Positions 1 through 7,738 of a stretch of 32,000 bases of DNA are shown here, piece by piece. The notes under the pieces are model-generated. The model made no database searches and was not told the origin of the DNA. It saw only the letters and a list, made by a program, of their open reading frames with translations. Position numbers and translations under genes: made by a program. The stretch is from Demequinaceae bacterium (GTDB lineage: Bacteria > Actinomycetota > Actinomycetes > Actinomycetales > Demequinaceae). How positions within the stretch are numbered: position 1 is the stretch's first letter; each line of letters opens with the position of its first letter. The DNA lies in contig OZ252279.1 of NCBI GenBank assembly GCA_965250005.1, positions 1,770,001-1,802,000 of the forward strand, given 5' to 3'.

Positions 1-1083
1 GATGTCGTCGCTCCGGTTTGCAGGTATCCGCTTGAGTATTTCGACCACTAGGTCTGATTTCGGGTCAATCACGACGATACCTCGACCCGCCTTGAGGTCG
101 GCATGGATCAAGTTCAATAGTGCGGTCGACTTGCCCGTTCCGGTCGGTCCCGTCAGAACCGTGTGGAATCTCGCGTCGTCAATGTTGATACCAAGCGGTC
201 GCTTCTCGCCAGGTGCGGTCGTGTGCGCGAACACACGGGACGTGTCGGGTTCCCTAGCGTCAAGGGCAAGTGGCTTGGGGTGATTCTCAGGTAGTCCCGG
301 TGCCGTCTCGAGTTCGATCGGCCATCCTGAGATCGCGAGTACTTCTGAGCATGTCAACACCGTGTTGCCGCGCGACGGCAGAATCGCTTCGTTCAGCATG
401 TCGCTTCGGTCGCGGACTAGATCGACCCTCGTTCCTGGAGATTGGATGGTTCGCAGTGCGGCAAGCACACCAGCAACGAGGGTGCGGACCCGCTGCTCAG
501 AGTTGGCTCGTGCGCCCACGCGAGCTCGAGCAACAAACGCCAGTTCGGTCTGCTTTGACTCCAGGGCTTTCTTGATCGCCGTCGACGGCTTGCGTGCGCC
601 GTGCACTAGGAGGGCGAGCGTTGACTGTGTTGGATCGCGATCGGACGCGGCACCCGCTCGGGGAGGGATGCCGCGTCCAAGCACGAGCTGGAGAACAACC
701 TCGTCGGTCGGTCTCGTGGCCGCACCTAGAGCCGTCAGCAGTGCCAGGCTCGTCTGGCGTGGATGGTCGACGAGAAGTCGCAGTGCGGCTCCGTCAACCC
801 GAAGACGCGTTGAGGCAGACACTGGGCGACGCGAGCGGTCGCCCTCTTCGACGACGGTCCCGTGCACCAGGTTGGTCAGAGTGGCCGTCAAGCGAGTGGC
901 AGCAGAGGGTGTGCACCCGAGCAAATAGCGGACGTGGCCGCCGCTCGCATGAACCTCGAACACCACCGCGCCCCGCGTTGCGTCTGACGCAATCTGCTGC
1001 AGCAGGCCAATTGCCTCTACGGTCTCCAGCGGTTGGGGCCAATGGACGCGCCGCCATACGAATTCATGGTTTCGGCGGCGCAT
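1..1083 (-). CDS. Conjugative-transfer P-loop ATPase (TraD/VirD4-type coupling protein or FtsK/HerA-like). N-terminal 361 codons only; the gene continues past the left edge.
   Basis: Absent from the ORF track because it has no stop in the window. The reverse strand from ATG (complement 1083-1081) is open for 361 codons to base 1: MRRRNHEFVWRRVHWPQPLETVEAIGLLQQ...FHTVLTGPTGTGKSTALLNLIHADLKAGRGIVVIDPKSD. It has a Walker A (GPTGTGKST) followed by an IVVIDPK strand. The + strand ORFs listed here (2..283, 362..928, 594..1313) are Arg/Ser-rich shadow frames. Confidence 0.7.
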   Translation of the reverse strand, partial: MRRRNHEFVWRRVHWPQPLETVEAIGLLQQIASDATRGAVVFEVHASGGHVRYLLGCTPSAATRLTATLTNLVHGTVVEEGDRSRRPVSASTRLRVDGAALRLLVDHPRQTSLALLTALGAATRPTDEVVLQLVLGRGIPPRAGAASDRDPTQSTLALLVHGARKPSTAIKKALESKQTELAFVARARVGARANSEQRVRTLVAGVLAALRTIQSPGTRVDLVRDRSDMLNEAILPSRGNTVLTCSEVLAISGWPIELETAPGLPENHPKPLALDAREPDTSRVFAHTTAPGEKRPLGINIDDARFHTVLTGPTGTGKSTALLNLIHADLKAGRGIVVIDPKSDLVVEILKRIPANRSDDI

Positions 1084-1267
1084 CACGCGGCTCCTTGTCC
1101 GATAGAGAGGTGTCGCGGTGCTGTGACGCAGCATCGACCTCGGCCTGGGCGATGTCGAGCAGTGCACGGGAGAGCTTGTGGATGTCGACGGGGTCGCGTC
1201 GGATGCCACTGACGCGAATTCGTCGTGGCTTGCGCTTGTCGTGTCTTCGTGAACTGCTCACCCCCAT
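1064..1267 (-). CDS. Small basic hypothetical protein (67 aa)
   Basis: ATG at 1267 is preceded by GAAGGGGG about 7 nt upstream. The 3' end overlaps the start of the ATPase gene by 20 nt. The C-terminus carries RIRVSGIRRDPVDIHKLSRALLDIAQAE. No family recognised. Confidence 0.4.
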   Translation of the reverse strand: MGVSSSRRHDKRKPRRIRVSGIRRDPVDIHKLSRALLDIAQAEVDAASQHRDTSLSDKEPRDAPPKP

Positions 1268-1439
1268 CCCGGGCCCCCTTCGGCGAACGGCTCCGGCCTC
1301 GCCCCTCGATTGATGTCGCACTCACCTATGAAGGGCATGAGGCCTGCTGTCAAGAGTGATCGTGAATTCCACAACACCGGACGGACAGTCTGGACGTCTG
1401 GTGTTCGGGAAACGAGGCGGTTGTGTTCTGGCATGGCTG

Positions 1440-1637
1440 TCACCATCGATCGAGACGAGCACGCCACCGCGCCCAGCCGACTCGTGCTGCGACCATTGCG
1501 GCCGCGATGAGAAGCAGCCACGGCCATACCTGCGCGACCAAGCTCGCGCCGAGCCACAGCAACCAACAAGCAACGGCTACGCGGGCGGCGCCATAAACGA
1601 TCCGGCGCGTGAGCGCTTCGGTTTCGTTCACGATCAC
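1440..1637 (-). CDS. Small membrane protein (65 aa, two hydrophobic spans)
   Basis: The GTG start forms a GTGA overlap with the stop of the upstream methyltransferase gene. Hydrophobic stretch VAVACWLLWLGASLVAQVWPWLLLIAAAMVAA. Confidence 0.5.
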   Translation of the reverse strand: MIVNETEALTRRIVYGAARVAVACWLLWLGASLVAQVWPWLLLIAAAMVAARVGWARWRARLDRW

Positions 1638-2197
1638 TCACCACCGACTCCTCGTGTTGCTGGCGCATCGGGCACGGGGAAGCCAACGAGATCAACGTCG
1701 GAGTGAATCTCGTTGCCCCACACCTGCCAGCCCGCCCGTGGGCGTCTGGCGAACAGCTCCAGATACGGGCCATCGGAGACCCGCTCGATGATGTCGTGTA
1801 CTTCCTCGGGTTTGTGGGAGTGCTCTTGGACCGGTGCAAACAGCCACGTGCCTTGGCCGCGGTAGCGCACGGGTGCCTTTCCGCGAGTGCCGAGCATCAC
1901 GTGCTCGGTCATGTTCCGCAAATACGGCCCGAGACCAAGGCGCGGCTTCACCCACGTCAGCAGCGACCGGTACTCGAACCCCCACGCCTCCAACACTTCT
2001 TTGCCATACGGGACGGTGGCGTTGGTGACCCACAGCCAACAATGCGCATCATCGGCGACGTGCCGGTCGAGGGCGACGCCCAGTTTCTTGATTGATTCGA
2101 GTGACATCGTCCGGTAGTGGTTCTCACCGGACTGTCCCTGCCACGGTGGGTCCGCGAGGATAGTTCTGTACTTGGTTGGTGTCATAGTTGCCTCCAT
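1634..2197 (-). CDS. MT-A70 family N6-adenine DNA methyltransferase (orphan)
   Basis: Catalytic DPPW motif in KYRTILADPPWQGQSGENHY, followed by CWLWVTN and HSHKPEE. The ORF-track version (to 2569) adds an Arg-rich, non-coding-looking extension. Likely starts are ATG 2197 or ATG 2185, the latter preceded by GGAGG with 5-nt spacing. Confidence 0.9.
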   Translation of the reverse strand: MEATMTPTKYRTILADPPWQGQSGENHYRTMSLESIKKLGVALDRHVADDAHCWLWVTNATVPYGKEVLEAWGFEYRSLLTWVKPRLGLGPYLRNMTEHVMLGTRGKAPVRYRGQGTWLFAPVQEHSHKPEEVHDIIERVSDGPYLELFARRPRAGWQVWGNEIHSDVDLVGFPVPDAPATRGVGGE

Positions 2198-2276
2198 TCG
2201 CCGCCGATCCTTAGTAGCTGGGTGTATGTCCAACTGGCGGTCTCCTGAGTGAAAAGCAGATCTACATATGCGGCAA

Positions 2277-2312
2277 CTGTCCGGTCGCTCAGCACCTCGA
2301 GCGACCGGACAG
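2277..2312 (-). repeat. Perfect 14-bp inverted repeat (hairpin, 8-nt loop) between two operon genes
   Basis: CTGTCCGGTCGCTC-agcacctc-GAGCGACCGGACAG. No U-tract follows on the transcribed (minus) strand, so it is either an attenuator/processing hairpin or a protein-binding site. Confidence 0.5.
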
Positions 2313-2372
2313 ATGCCACGCCATGTGCGGACTGCGAGACCGGACACGGAAGGGTGCGTTGTGAAATGAACA

Positions 2373-2639
2373 TCACTTGCTCTGTCGCGTCCGGTTCTTG
2401 GCCGCTTCGAACGAGGCTCGCAATAGCGCCCGCCGGGCCTTATGTGCCCCGAGCGAGAGCTCAGATGAGCGCGCCTCGAAGCGCCGCCGAATCTCAACCT
2501 CCTGGGCGGCAATCTCTCGCTCCAGTCGCTCCCGTTCGACGCTCCGGCGCTTCCGGTACCAATCCTCAAACCAGACTGCGCTGATGATCAGGACGAGCCA
2601 GAGAACGAGAACGACGAGCGAAGCAAGATCCGAATCCAT
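2373..2639 (-). CDS. Small membrane-anchored coiled-coil protein
   Basis: N-terminal TM helix LASLVVLVLWLVLIISAVWF followed by a charged helical region (RERLEREIAAQEVEIRRRFE). ATG 2639 is preceded by GAGG at 8 nt. It overlaps or abuts the stop of the upstream gene (2642). Confidence 0.5.
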   Translation of the reverse strand: MDSDLASLVVLVLWLVLIISAVWFEDWYRKRRSVERERLEREIAAQEVEIRRRFEARSSELSLGAHKARRALLRASFEAAKNRTRQSK

Positions 2640-2641
2640 CG

Positions 2642-2989
2642 TCACCACCTCGCCACTGCTTGCGATGCACCGATCGCGTAACTGTCGACGATGTGCTTGT
2701 AACGCGCCTCACCAAGCGGACACGCCTCAATCAGGTGCGCTTCGAACGCGCTCAACGCTGCCACGTTCTCGAGCGCCTGATTCGCCAAGGCCGCGCGACC
2801 GTTATCAATAGCCGACGTCACAATGCCCTCCGCCTCGATCCGGTCAAGTGCTTTGGCCGTCTGGCGGGCAATCTGTCCACCCAGTCGAGCAGGGCGTTCG
2901 AGCGCCTGTCCCGGTCCCTTCCGTACGATTTCGCCTTCCATATTCGAACCCCGAATCCATCTCGTGGGCCGGGAATCCCGACCCGCCAT
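2642..2989 (-). CDS. Hypothetical protein, first gene of the minus-strand operon
   Basis: Coding-like frame ...GQIARQTAKALDRIEAEGIVTSAIDNGRAALANQALENVAALSAFEAHLIEACPLGEARYKHIV. The start is uncertain (ATG 2989, 2941 or 3043). The 3043 extension uses AT-ending rare codons. Confidence 0.45.
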   Translation of the reverse strand: MAGRDSRPTRWIRGSNMEGEIVRKGPGQALERPARLGGQIARQTAKALDRIEAEGIVTSAIDNGRAALANQALENVAALSAFEAHLIEACPLGEARYKHIVDSYAIGASQAVARW

Positions 2990-3039
2990 CGCGTCTCGAT
3001 GACAGTTCGACGGTATGAATTTAGGCAAGCGGCCAGCAA

Positions 3040-3072
3040 GCATAAGCGTGATAGCACTGCACGCATAAGCGT
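3040..3072. promoter_or_regulatory. Two direct copies of GCATAAGCGT spaced 23 bp apart in a divergent intergenic region
   Basis: GCATAAGCGT occurs at 3040-3049 and 3063-3072. It is followed by GTCCGG...CCGGAC (3071-3104) enclosing the palindrome TCAGTCTGA. Candidate regulator or recombinase binding sites. Confidence 0.25.
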
Positions 3073-3106
3073 CCGGATCGAGAGGTCAGTCTGATAGACC
3101 GGACAC

Positions 3107-3451
3107 ATGAACGCGAAGGACGACGCGGCACCACAGCAGGAGAGCAAGGGCGCCAGGCGATACCCCGAGCACCTCATGTTCTTCGGTGGTAGCCATGTGC
3201 CCGTCGATCCCGAATTCGCTCGACGACGCGAAGAGTTCCTGCTCGACTTCGCGTACAGCACTGCAAGGGCCTATTGGGCTGACCTGCAGAGTTTCTACGA
3301 GTGGTGCGCCGCGGACTCGTTGGACTGGAGTTCGGTCGGCATTCTCGAACTTGATGGCTGGAGCGATTGCCTGAACTCGGATGGATATAGCGCGGGGGCA
3401 GTACGGCGTCGAGTTTCTGTCGCGAGGCGTTTCCTGCGTGTGCTTACATGA
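3107..3451 (+). pseudogene. Tyrosine recombinase remnant: N-terminal SAM-like/core-binding domain only
   Basis: EEFLLDFAYSTARAYWADLQSFYEWCAADSLDWSSVGILELDGWSDCLNSDGYSAGAVRRRVSVARRFLRVL matches the phage-integrase N-terminal SAM-like pattern. The ORF stops after 114 aa, and no catalytic R..HxxR..Y domain follows in any frame. Confidence 0.55.
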
Positions 3452-3557
3452 CGCCCTCGCCCGTCTGGCTGGGGCCTTTAGATTCAGCGCGCGCTGTTGC
3501 CGATTGGCACGTAGCCTCGGACCTGAACCGAGTTTCAGCGATTGTGAGAGGGCTTTC

Positions 3558-4754
3558 ATGCAGGTGCGCGTTTGCGTAATTGGAGCCGGGCCTGCTGGTT
3601 TGGCTTGTGGTGCGGCATTGAGTGAACTTGGGGTCGACCACGTAGTTCTCGAGGCTGGGGCAGCTGATCGCGAAGGCGAATTCTTGACCGGGCTCGGCGG
3701 CGCGGGCCTGTACTCCGATGGCAAGTTCTCATTTCGGCCGGCGGCTTCAAACCTGTGGGAGCTACGCCCGGTCGAACACTTGTCCGATGCCTCGCAGTGG
3801 GTTCGCGGCTTGCTCGACGCCCATGGTGTTTCGACAGCGGATTTACTCCAGCATGCGAGTCCCACAGCCCGCGGTCCGGCAACGTTCAAACACTATCCTT
3901 CATTCTATGTGTCGGAGGGTGCGCGCGCTGCGCTCGTAAGCGAGATGGCGGCTGCGGCAAATGTCGCGCTCGAGTCTCGCGTGACGTCAATAGATCGCCG
4001 GGGGACCGTTCGTGGTTGGGAGTTGGAAATCGCCGACGGGCGAAGACTTGAAGCGGACATACTCGTGCTTGGCGCGGGACGTCTATGGAACTCGCTCCTT
4101 ACGCGAACGAACGGCATTCAAGTCAAGGCAGGGCGCGTTGAACTAGGCGTTCGCATTGAGCAGCCTAGCGAGGAATTTGTGTTCAAATCACGTGATTCAC
4201 TGGACCCCAAATGGATCGTTCGTCCGCGCCCCGGGGTTGAGTATCGAACCTTCTGCTGTTGTCGCGACGGCGCGATCGTCGCAGGGAAGATCGGAGGGTC
4301 AACGCTGCTTTCCGGACGAGCTGATTGTCCGCCAACAGGGCGATCCAACGTTGGCCTTGTGGTGCGATACCTCCAACCGTCGAGCGAGTCTTATCAAGCT
4401 CTAGACCGAGCAATGTCACACAGCGTTGCGTTTGAGATTGGTGCGCGCGACGCAAGCAGGGCCTTTGACGCACTGTCGGCACAGTTTTCTGTCAAGGTCG
4501 CACGAGACCTGCAGCAAGCGCTTACAATGCTCGCTTCGGACACGTCTACGGATTTCCAGAATGCGGTATTGCATGGGCCGTGTGTCGAGGGGATTGGGTG
4601 GTACCCCGAAGTTGATAGTCATAGTCTGGAGTTCGCCGGTGGCCACGGCTTTGCAGTTGGTGACGCGACCGGCTTGTTCCGTGGAATCGTCGCCGGCTTG
4701 ATCAGCGGCAGGGTTGCCGCTCTTGCAATTGCGCAAAGAGTTGGTAAAATCTAG
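3558..4754 (+). CDS. FAD-dependent protein of the COG2509 type (uncharacterised flavin dehydrogenase)
   Basis: MQVRVCVIGAGPAGLACG dinucleotide fold at the ATG 3558 start (GAGAGGG upstream). Also GLGGAGLYSDGKF, RTFCCCRDGAIVAG and FAVGDATGLFRGIVAGLISG. The ORF-track start at 3381 overlaps the integrase remnant and looks non-coding. Confidence 0.85.
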   Translation: MQVRVCVIGAGPAGLACGAALSELGVDHVVLEAGAADREGEFLTGLGGAGLYSDGKFSFRPAASNLWELRPVEHLSDASQWVRGLLDAHGVSTADLLQHASPTARGPATFKHYPSFYVSEGARAALVSEMAAAANVALESRVTSIDRRGTVRGWELEIADGRRLEADILVLGAGRLWNSLLTRTNGIQVKAGRVELGVRIEQPSEEFVFKSRDSLDPKWIVRPRPGVEYRTFCCCRDGAIVAGKIGGSTLLSGRADCPPTGRSNVGLVVRYLQPSSESYQALDRAMSHSVAFEIGARDASRAFDALSAQFSVKVARDLQQALTMLASDTSTDFQNAVLHGPCVEGIGWYPEVDSHSLEFAGGHGFAVGDATGLFRGIVAGLISGRVAALAIAQRVGKI

Positions 4755-4759
4755 GAGAG

Positions 4760-5215
4760 ATGGAGATCGTCACTATGGAGCCTGATTGGCCACTCATATA
4801 TCCGGCGCAGTCAAAGATGCATTTCTTTTGTCGTGACGCTGTTTGCCAGTTCGTATTGGAGCGTCGAGCCGTTCCGTTGCACCCATTCCGAATGTTCGAC
4901 TACTTCCTAGGAGACCGCGTTGACCGAGACATCGTGCGAAATGCGAACAACTCTGTGGTTTCTCGCGTTGATGAGATATGGGTATTTGGACAGGAAATCG
5001 CGGATGGAGTACTCGCGGAGATCGATCTAGCAAACGCCTCGGGCAAGCCGGTAAAGTTTTTCTCGATTGCAACCCGGGCTCGCGAGATACGGGAAATCGA
5101 GAAAGACGAACTCAGATTCGAGGCGGAGCTTCGGGCGAAGGCGGGTGAGGACGTCTCTGGACTCCACGACGTCGTTCGTGGCGCGCGCCGGCTCTCCACA
5201 GTGCTGGCGCCGTAA
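4760..5215 (+). CDS. Flavodoxin-like protein resembling nucleoside 2-deoxyribosyltransferase-like / TIR-like (DUF4406/DUF1863-type) domains
   Basis: It starts 5 nt after the previous stop, behind AGGAGAG (alternative ATG at 4775). Pattern LIYPAQS...VVSRVDEIWVFGQEIADGVLAEIDLANASGKPVKFFSI. Assignment is by pattern only. Confidence 0.65.
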   Translation: MEIVTMEPDWPLIYPAQSKMHFFCRDAVCQFVLERRAVPLHPFRMFDYFLGDRVDRDIVRNANNSVVSRVDEIWVFGQEIADGVLAEIDLANASGKPVKFFSIATRAREIREIEKDELRFEAELRAKAGEDVSGLHDVVRGARRLSTVLAP

Positions 5216-5221
5216 GCCCCC

Positions 5222-7063
5222 GTGGAGCACATCGGAGGTCCGATCTACTGTCAGTTCCTCGATCGCGAAATGGCTGAGTCAGTCTCGTTTCCGCAGGCAA
5301 CTGCCACGACACTGCTGTTACTCCGGGACGCAATCATGGCGAGTGAGGGCGGCGCATACTGCAGTCTTTCAGCACTTGGAGAAAACCTGGTGCTCCAGAG
5401 ACTCCCCGGGGAGATCCTCGATGGTGTGCTGAGGTCTGGGCAGTTGGAAACGGTCAGCGACGTGCCAAGCGGCGAAGAGTTCTTGTGGACGAGGAGACAG
5501 CTCTACCGCGACGACAAGGAACGGTATCCGGCCTACTTCGAGCAGGCGCCGCGAGAGCTGGCCGACGAACTGTGGGCACCATCCTTCGTGAAGGCGTCGA
5601 GCTCAACCGAGGCGCTCGACCGCTCGCTGCGCCAGAGCGGCTCGTTCACGTCTCTCGGCGCCGAGGCCGGAGTTTTTGCCCCGCAGGACTACGTCGAACG
5701 TGCGGAAGAAATCCTGGATGACCGCGACGGACGTGCCATCACCTACGCTCTATTTCGAGACATGTTTGGGGCCTCGTCGCTTGATGGCCCCGTCGGCCCG
5801 ATGGTAGTCAGACGTGCGATTTCGGCCGCCTATGGACGTCACCTAGTCGAAGTACGCGCGGGGAACGTTCTCACCGGAATCCCGCGCCTGCAGATCTACG
5901 ATCGTCACCTCGCGTTCGAGTCGAGCGGTATAGGCATTCCGCGCAGGCTCGTTGAGCTTCTGTTGGCACCGCTTGTGCGGTTGAATGCGCGTCTGAAGCA
6001 TGGTGACGTTTCTGCATGGTCAGATTTGGTGTCCTTCAGAGAAGGCCCAAGTGGAGCGGAATTCGCGTATTGCGTGGCATCAGTGGTTCGTCACGTCGTG
6101 TCCGAGCCAGACCGTTGGGGCGAAGCATCGGTCGAGATGCGGGCCCTTCGGCTTGGTCGCGAACTGCTCAAATCCTTCAGAAACGGAGACAACCTCCAAG
6201 ACCACGTACTGCTGTTGGCAGATGCGGTTCGGTCTAGCGATGGCCGGGGTCCAAGGCGAGCTTCAACGTCGCGCAGCAGCAAAGTGTTGATCTGCTACGT
6301 CAACGACAATGAGTATGAGGGCATTCTTGACGGTCTCTCGATCCCTCGCGATGCACTTCCCGAGGTAGATCTCAATGGTCGCGTGTCCATCCAACCGGTC
6401 GGGCGCCATGCAGGTGCCGATCTCTTCATGGTTCAGAGCGAGGCGGGCTCGGTAGGCGCGTCTGCGGCTCAGTTGGTGACGGTAGATGCCATCGATGCCG
6501 TAAAGCCCGACTTCGTCGTGGCGGTCGGAATTGCTTTCGGCCTGAAATACAAGATCGCCCCAGGCACCGTCCTGGTTTCGACCATGGCTCGCTCGTACGA
6601 GCGCGTTAGGATGGGGTCGCGCGCTGACGGCTCGCTCGAGCTTCGAGAGAGAGATCAGCCGCAGCCAGTCGACGCGGTGCTCCTCAATCAAGTGAGGCTC
6701 GTCGCGAAGCGAAACCAGATTCCCGTCGCATTCGGCGAGATGCTCAGCGGCGAGAAGCTGGTCGACCATCCGGAGTTTCGCGCGTCTCTGATCGAGCGCT
6801 TCCCAGATGCGATTGGCGGTGAGATGGAAGCCACCGGGATTGCGGGGGCGGCGGCACGGCGCCGAGTGCCGTGGCTGATGTTCAAGGGCTTGAGCGACTA
6901 TGGAGACGGAAAAAAGAAGTCGAGTGAGCGATCCGGTGTCGTGCCTCTAGTCTCGCAACGTGAGGCCGCCGCAAACGGTGCTCGATTGCTGCTTTCACAC
7001 CTGCAAACTCGGAGTCGATCGGCGCAAGAGCCACAGGCGAGCATAGAGAGGATCTCGGAGTGA
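5222..7063 (+). CDS. Fusion protein: ~340-aa unknown N-terminal domain plus C-terminal PNP_UDP-type phosphorylase/nucleosidase domain
   Basis: The C-terminal part has KVLICYVNDNEYEGILDGL, AVGIAFGL, GGEMEATGIAGAAARRRVPWLMFKGLSDYGDGKKK (E534-M-E536). This matches the nucleoside phosphorylase / MTA-nucleosidase superfamily clade seen in conflict systems. GTG 5222 start (alternative ATG about 5270). Confidence 0.85.
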   Translation: MEHIGGPIYCQFLDREMAESVSFPQATATTLLLLRDAIMASEGGAYCSLSALGENLVLQRLPGEILDGVLRSGQLETVSDVPSGEEFLWTRRQLYRDDKERYPAYFEQAPRELADELWAPSFVKASSSTEALDRSLRQSGSFTSLGAEAGVFAPQDYVERAEEILDDRDGRAITYALFRDMFGASSLDGPVGPMVVRRAISAAYGRHLVEVRAGNVLTGIPRLQIYDRHLAFESSGIGIPRRLVELLLAPLVRLNARLKHGDVSAWSDLVSFREGPSGAEFAYCVASVVRHVVSEPDRWGEASVEMRALRLGRELLKSFRNGDNLQDHVLLLADAVRSSDGRGPRRASTSRSSKVLICYVNDNEYEGILDGLSIPRDALPEVDLNGRVSIQPVGRHAGADLFMVQSEAGSVGASAAQLVTVDAIDAVKPDFVVAVGIAFGLKYKIAPGTVLVSTMARSYERVRMGSRADGSLELRERDQPQPVDAVLLNQVRLVAKRNQIPVAFGEMLSGEKLVDHPEFRASLIERFPDAIGGEMEATGIAGAAARRRVPWLMFKGLSDYGDGKKKSSERSGVVPLVSQREAAANGARLLLSHLQTRSRSAQEPQASIERISE

Positions 7064-7614
7064 TCGTCGTATTTGCTGGCAACCGGCCGGACGAGTCCGG
7101 TATTGAGGAGCGGCTCATCCGGTTTCCGGCGTCTGCGGAAACTGCTGTCGCGACGACAATCCATAGAGTGCTGCGCAAGATCCGGCCCGCAGAAGTCGTC
7201 GGTGGCGCGTCGAGCGGAGCGGACACACTCTTCCTTGAGGCGGCCACTCGGTTGGGGATCCCTCGAAGGGTTGTGTTGCCCTTCGCAGCCGACGAATACC
7301 TGAAGGCGGCGGTCAAGCCCTCAGGGGCGTTGTGGGTCGAGCGCGCGATGCGGATGCTTGCGTCGCGCGACACGACTGTGACTGTGCACGACGATGGTAC
7401 GCGCGACCGAAGCGCATTCTTAAAGGGGAACTTGGCGCTGATTTCGAAGGCGGTCGAGCGAGCTGAGTCTCAGTCCGTCGAACCGATCGCTGTTGTGGTT
7501 CGGCATCTCAATGGAGCGAAGCGTTCGGTCTCTGATGAGTTCGTCGACGAGGCCGTCGCTCGCGGGCTTCGAGTTATTTGCGTCGATCCGATGGTGTGCC
7601 TGCATACTGGGTAG
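7060..7614 (+). CDS. SLOG-superfamily (YpsA/DUF2493/DprA-like) Rossmannoid protein
   Basis: GTGA start/stop overlap with the upstream gene. IVVFAGNRPD then VVGGASSGADTLFLEAATRLGIPRRVVLPF (G48 onward) then IAVVVRHLNG...ARGLRVICV. This is the GGxxGxD signature of SLOG-type ligand-binding domains. Confidence 0.75.
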   Translation: MIVVFAGNRPDESGIEERLIRFPASAETAVATTIHRVLRKIRPAEVVGGASSGADTLFLEAATRLGIPRRVVLPFAADEYLKAAVKPSGALWVERAMRMLASRDTTVTVHDDGTRDRSAFLKGNLALISKAVERAESQSVEPIAVVVRHLNGAKRSVSDEFVDEAVARGLRVICVDPMVCLHTG

Positions 7615-7674
7615 GCGCTCCTCGCAGGGAAGAAACCGAGCTGCGAAGCAATGTGCCTGGGACCCGAAGGTGAA

Positions 7675-7712
7675 GTAGGCGGCCGCCTACTACGGCCCGG
7701 AGTCTCCTCCGG
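7675..7712. terminator. Bidirectional terminator candidate between convergent genes
   Basis: Perfect 16-bp palindrome GTAGGCGGCCGCCTAC (7675-7690) followed by the hairpin CCGGAG-tctc-CTCCGG (7697-7712). Confidence 0.5.
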
Positions 7713-7738
7713 CCGCAGCAAGCAACCCGCGTGTAGAC

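Noticed and set aside
362-1313. Long + strand ORFs (362..928, 594..1313, also 2..283 and 270..575) at the left edge
   Set aside because: Their Arg/Ser/Ala-rich low-complexity translations are typical of shadow frames in high-GC DNA. The opposite strand encodes a motif-bearing P-loop ATPase across the same bases.
2198-2569. N-terminal 124-aa extension of the MT-A70 ORF (track start 2569)
   Set aside because: The extension is Arg/Gly/Ser-rich with no methyltransferase features. It contains the 14-bp hairpin at 2277-2312, and internal ATGs at 2197 and 2185 have an SD. I treated it as intergenic.
3381-3557. Upstream extension of the flavoprotein ORF overlapping the integrase remnant
   Set aside because: The Rossmann GxGxxG must be at the extreme N-terminus, as in related FAD proteins. 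ATG 3558 has a purine-rich SD, and the extension (…CCRLARSLGPEPSFSD…) looks non-coding.
7675-7690. GTAGGCGGCCGCCTAC palindrome as a restriction/modification-related or engineered (NotI) site
   Set aside because: It is a single occurrence between convergent genes with a second hairpin beside it, so the ordinary terminator explanation is sufficient.
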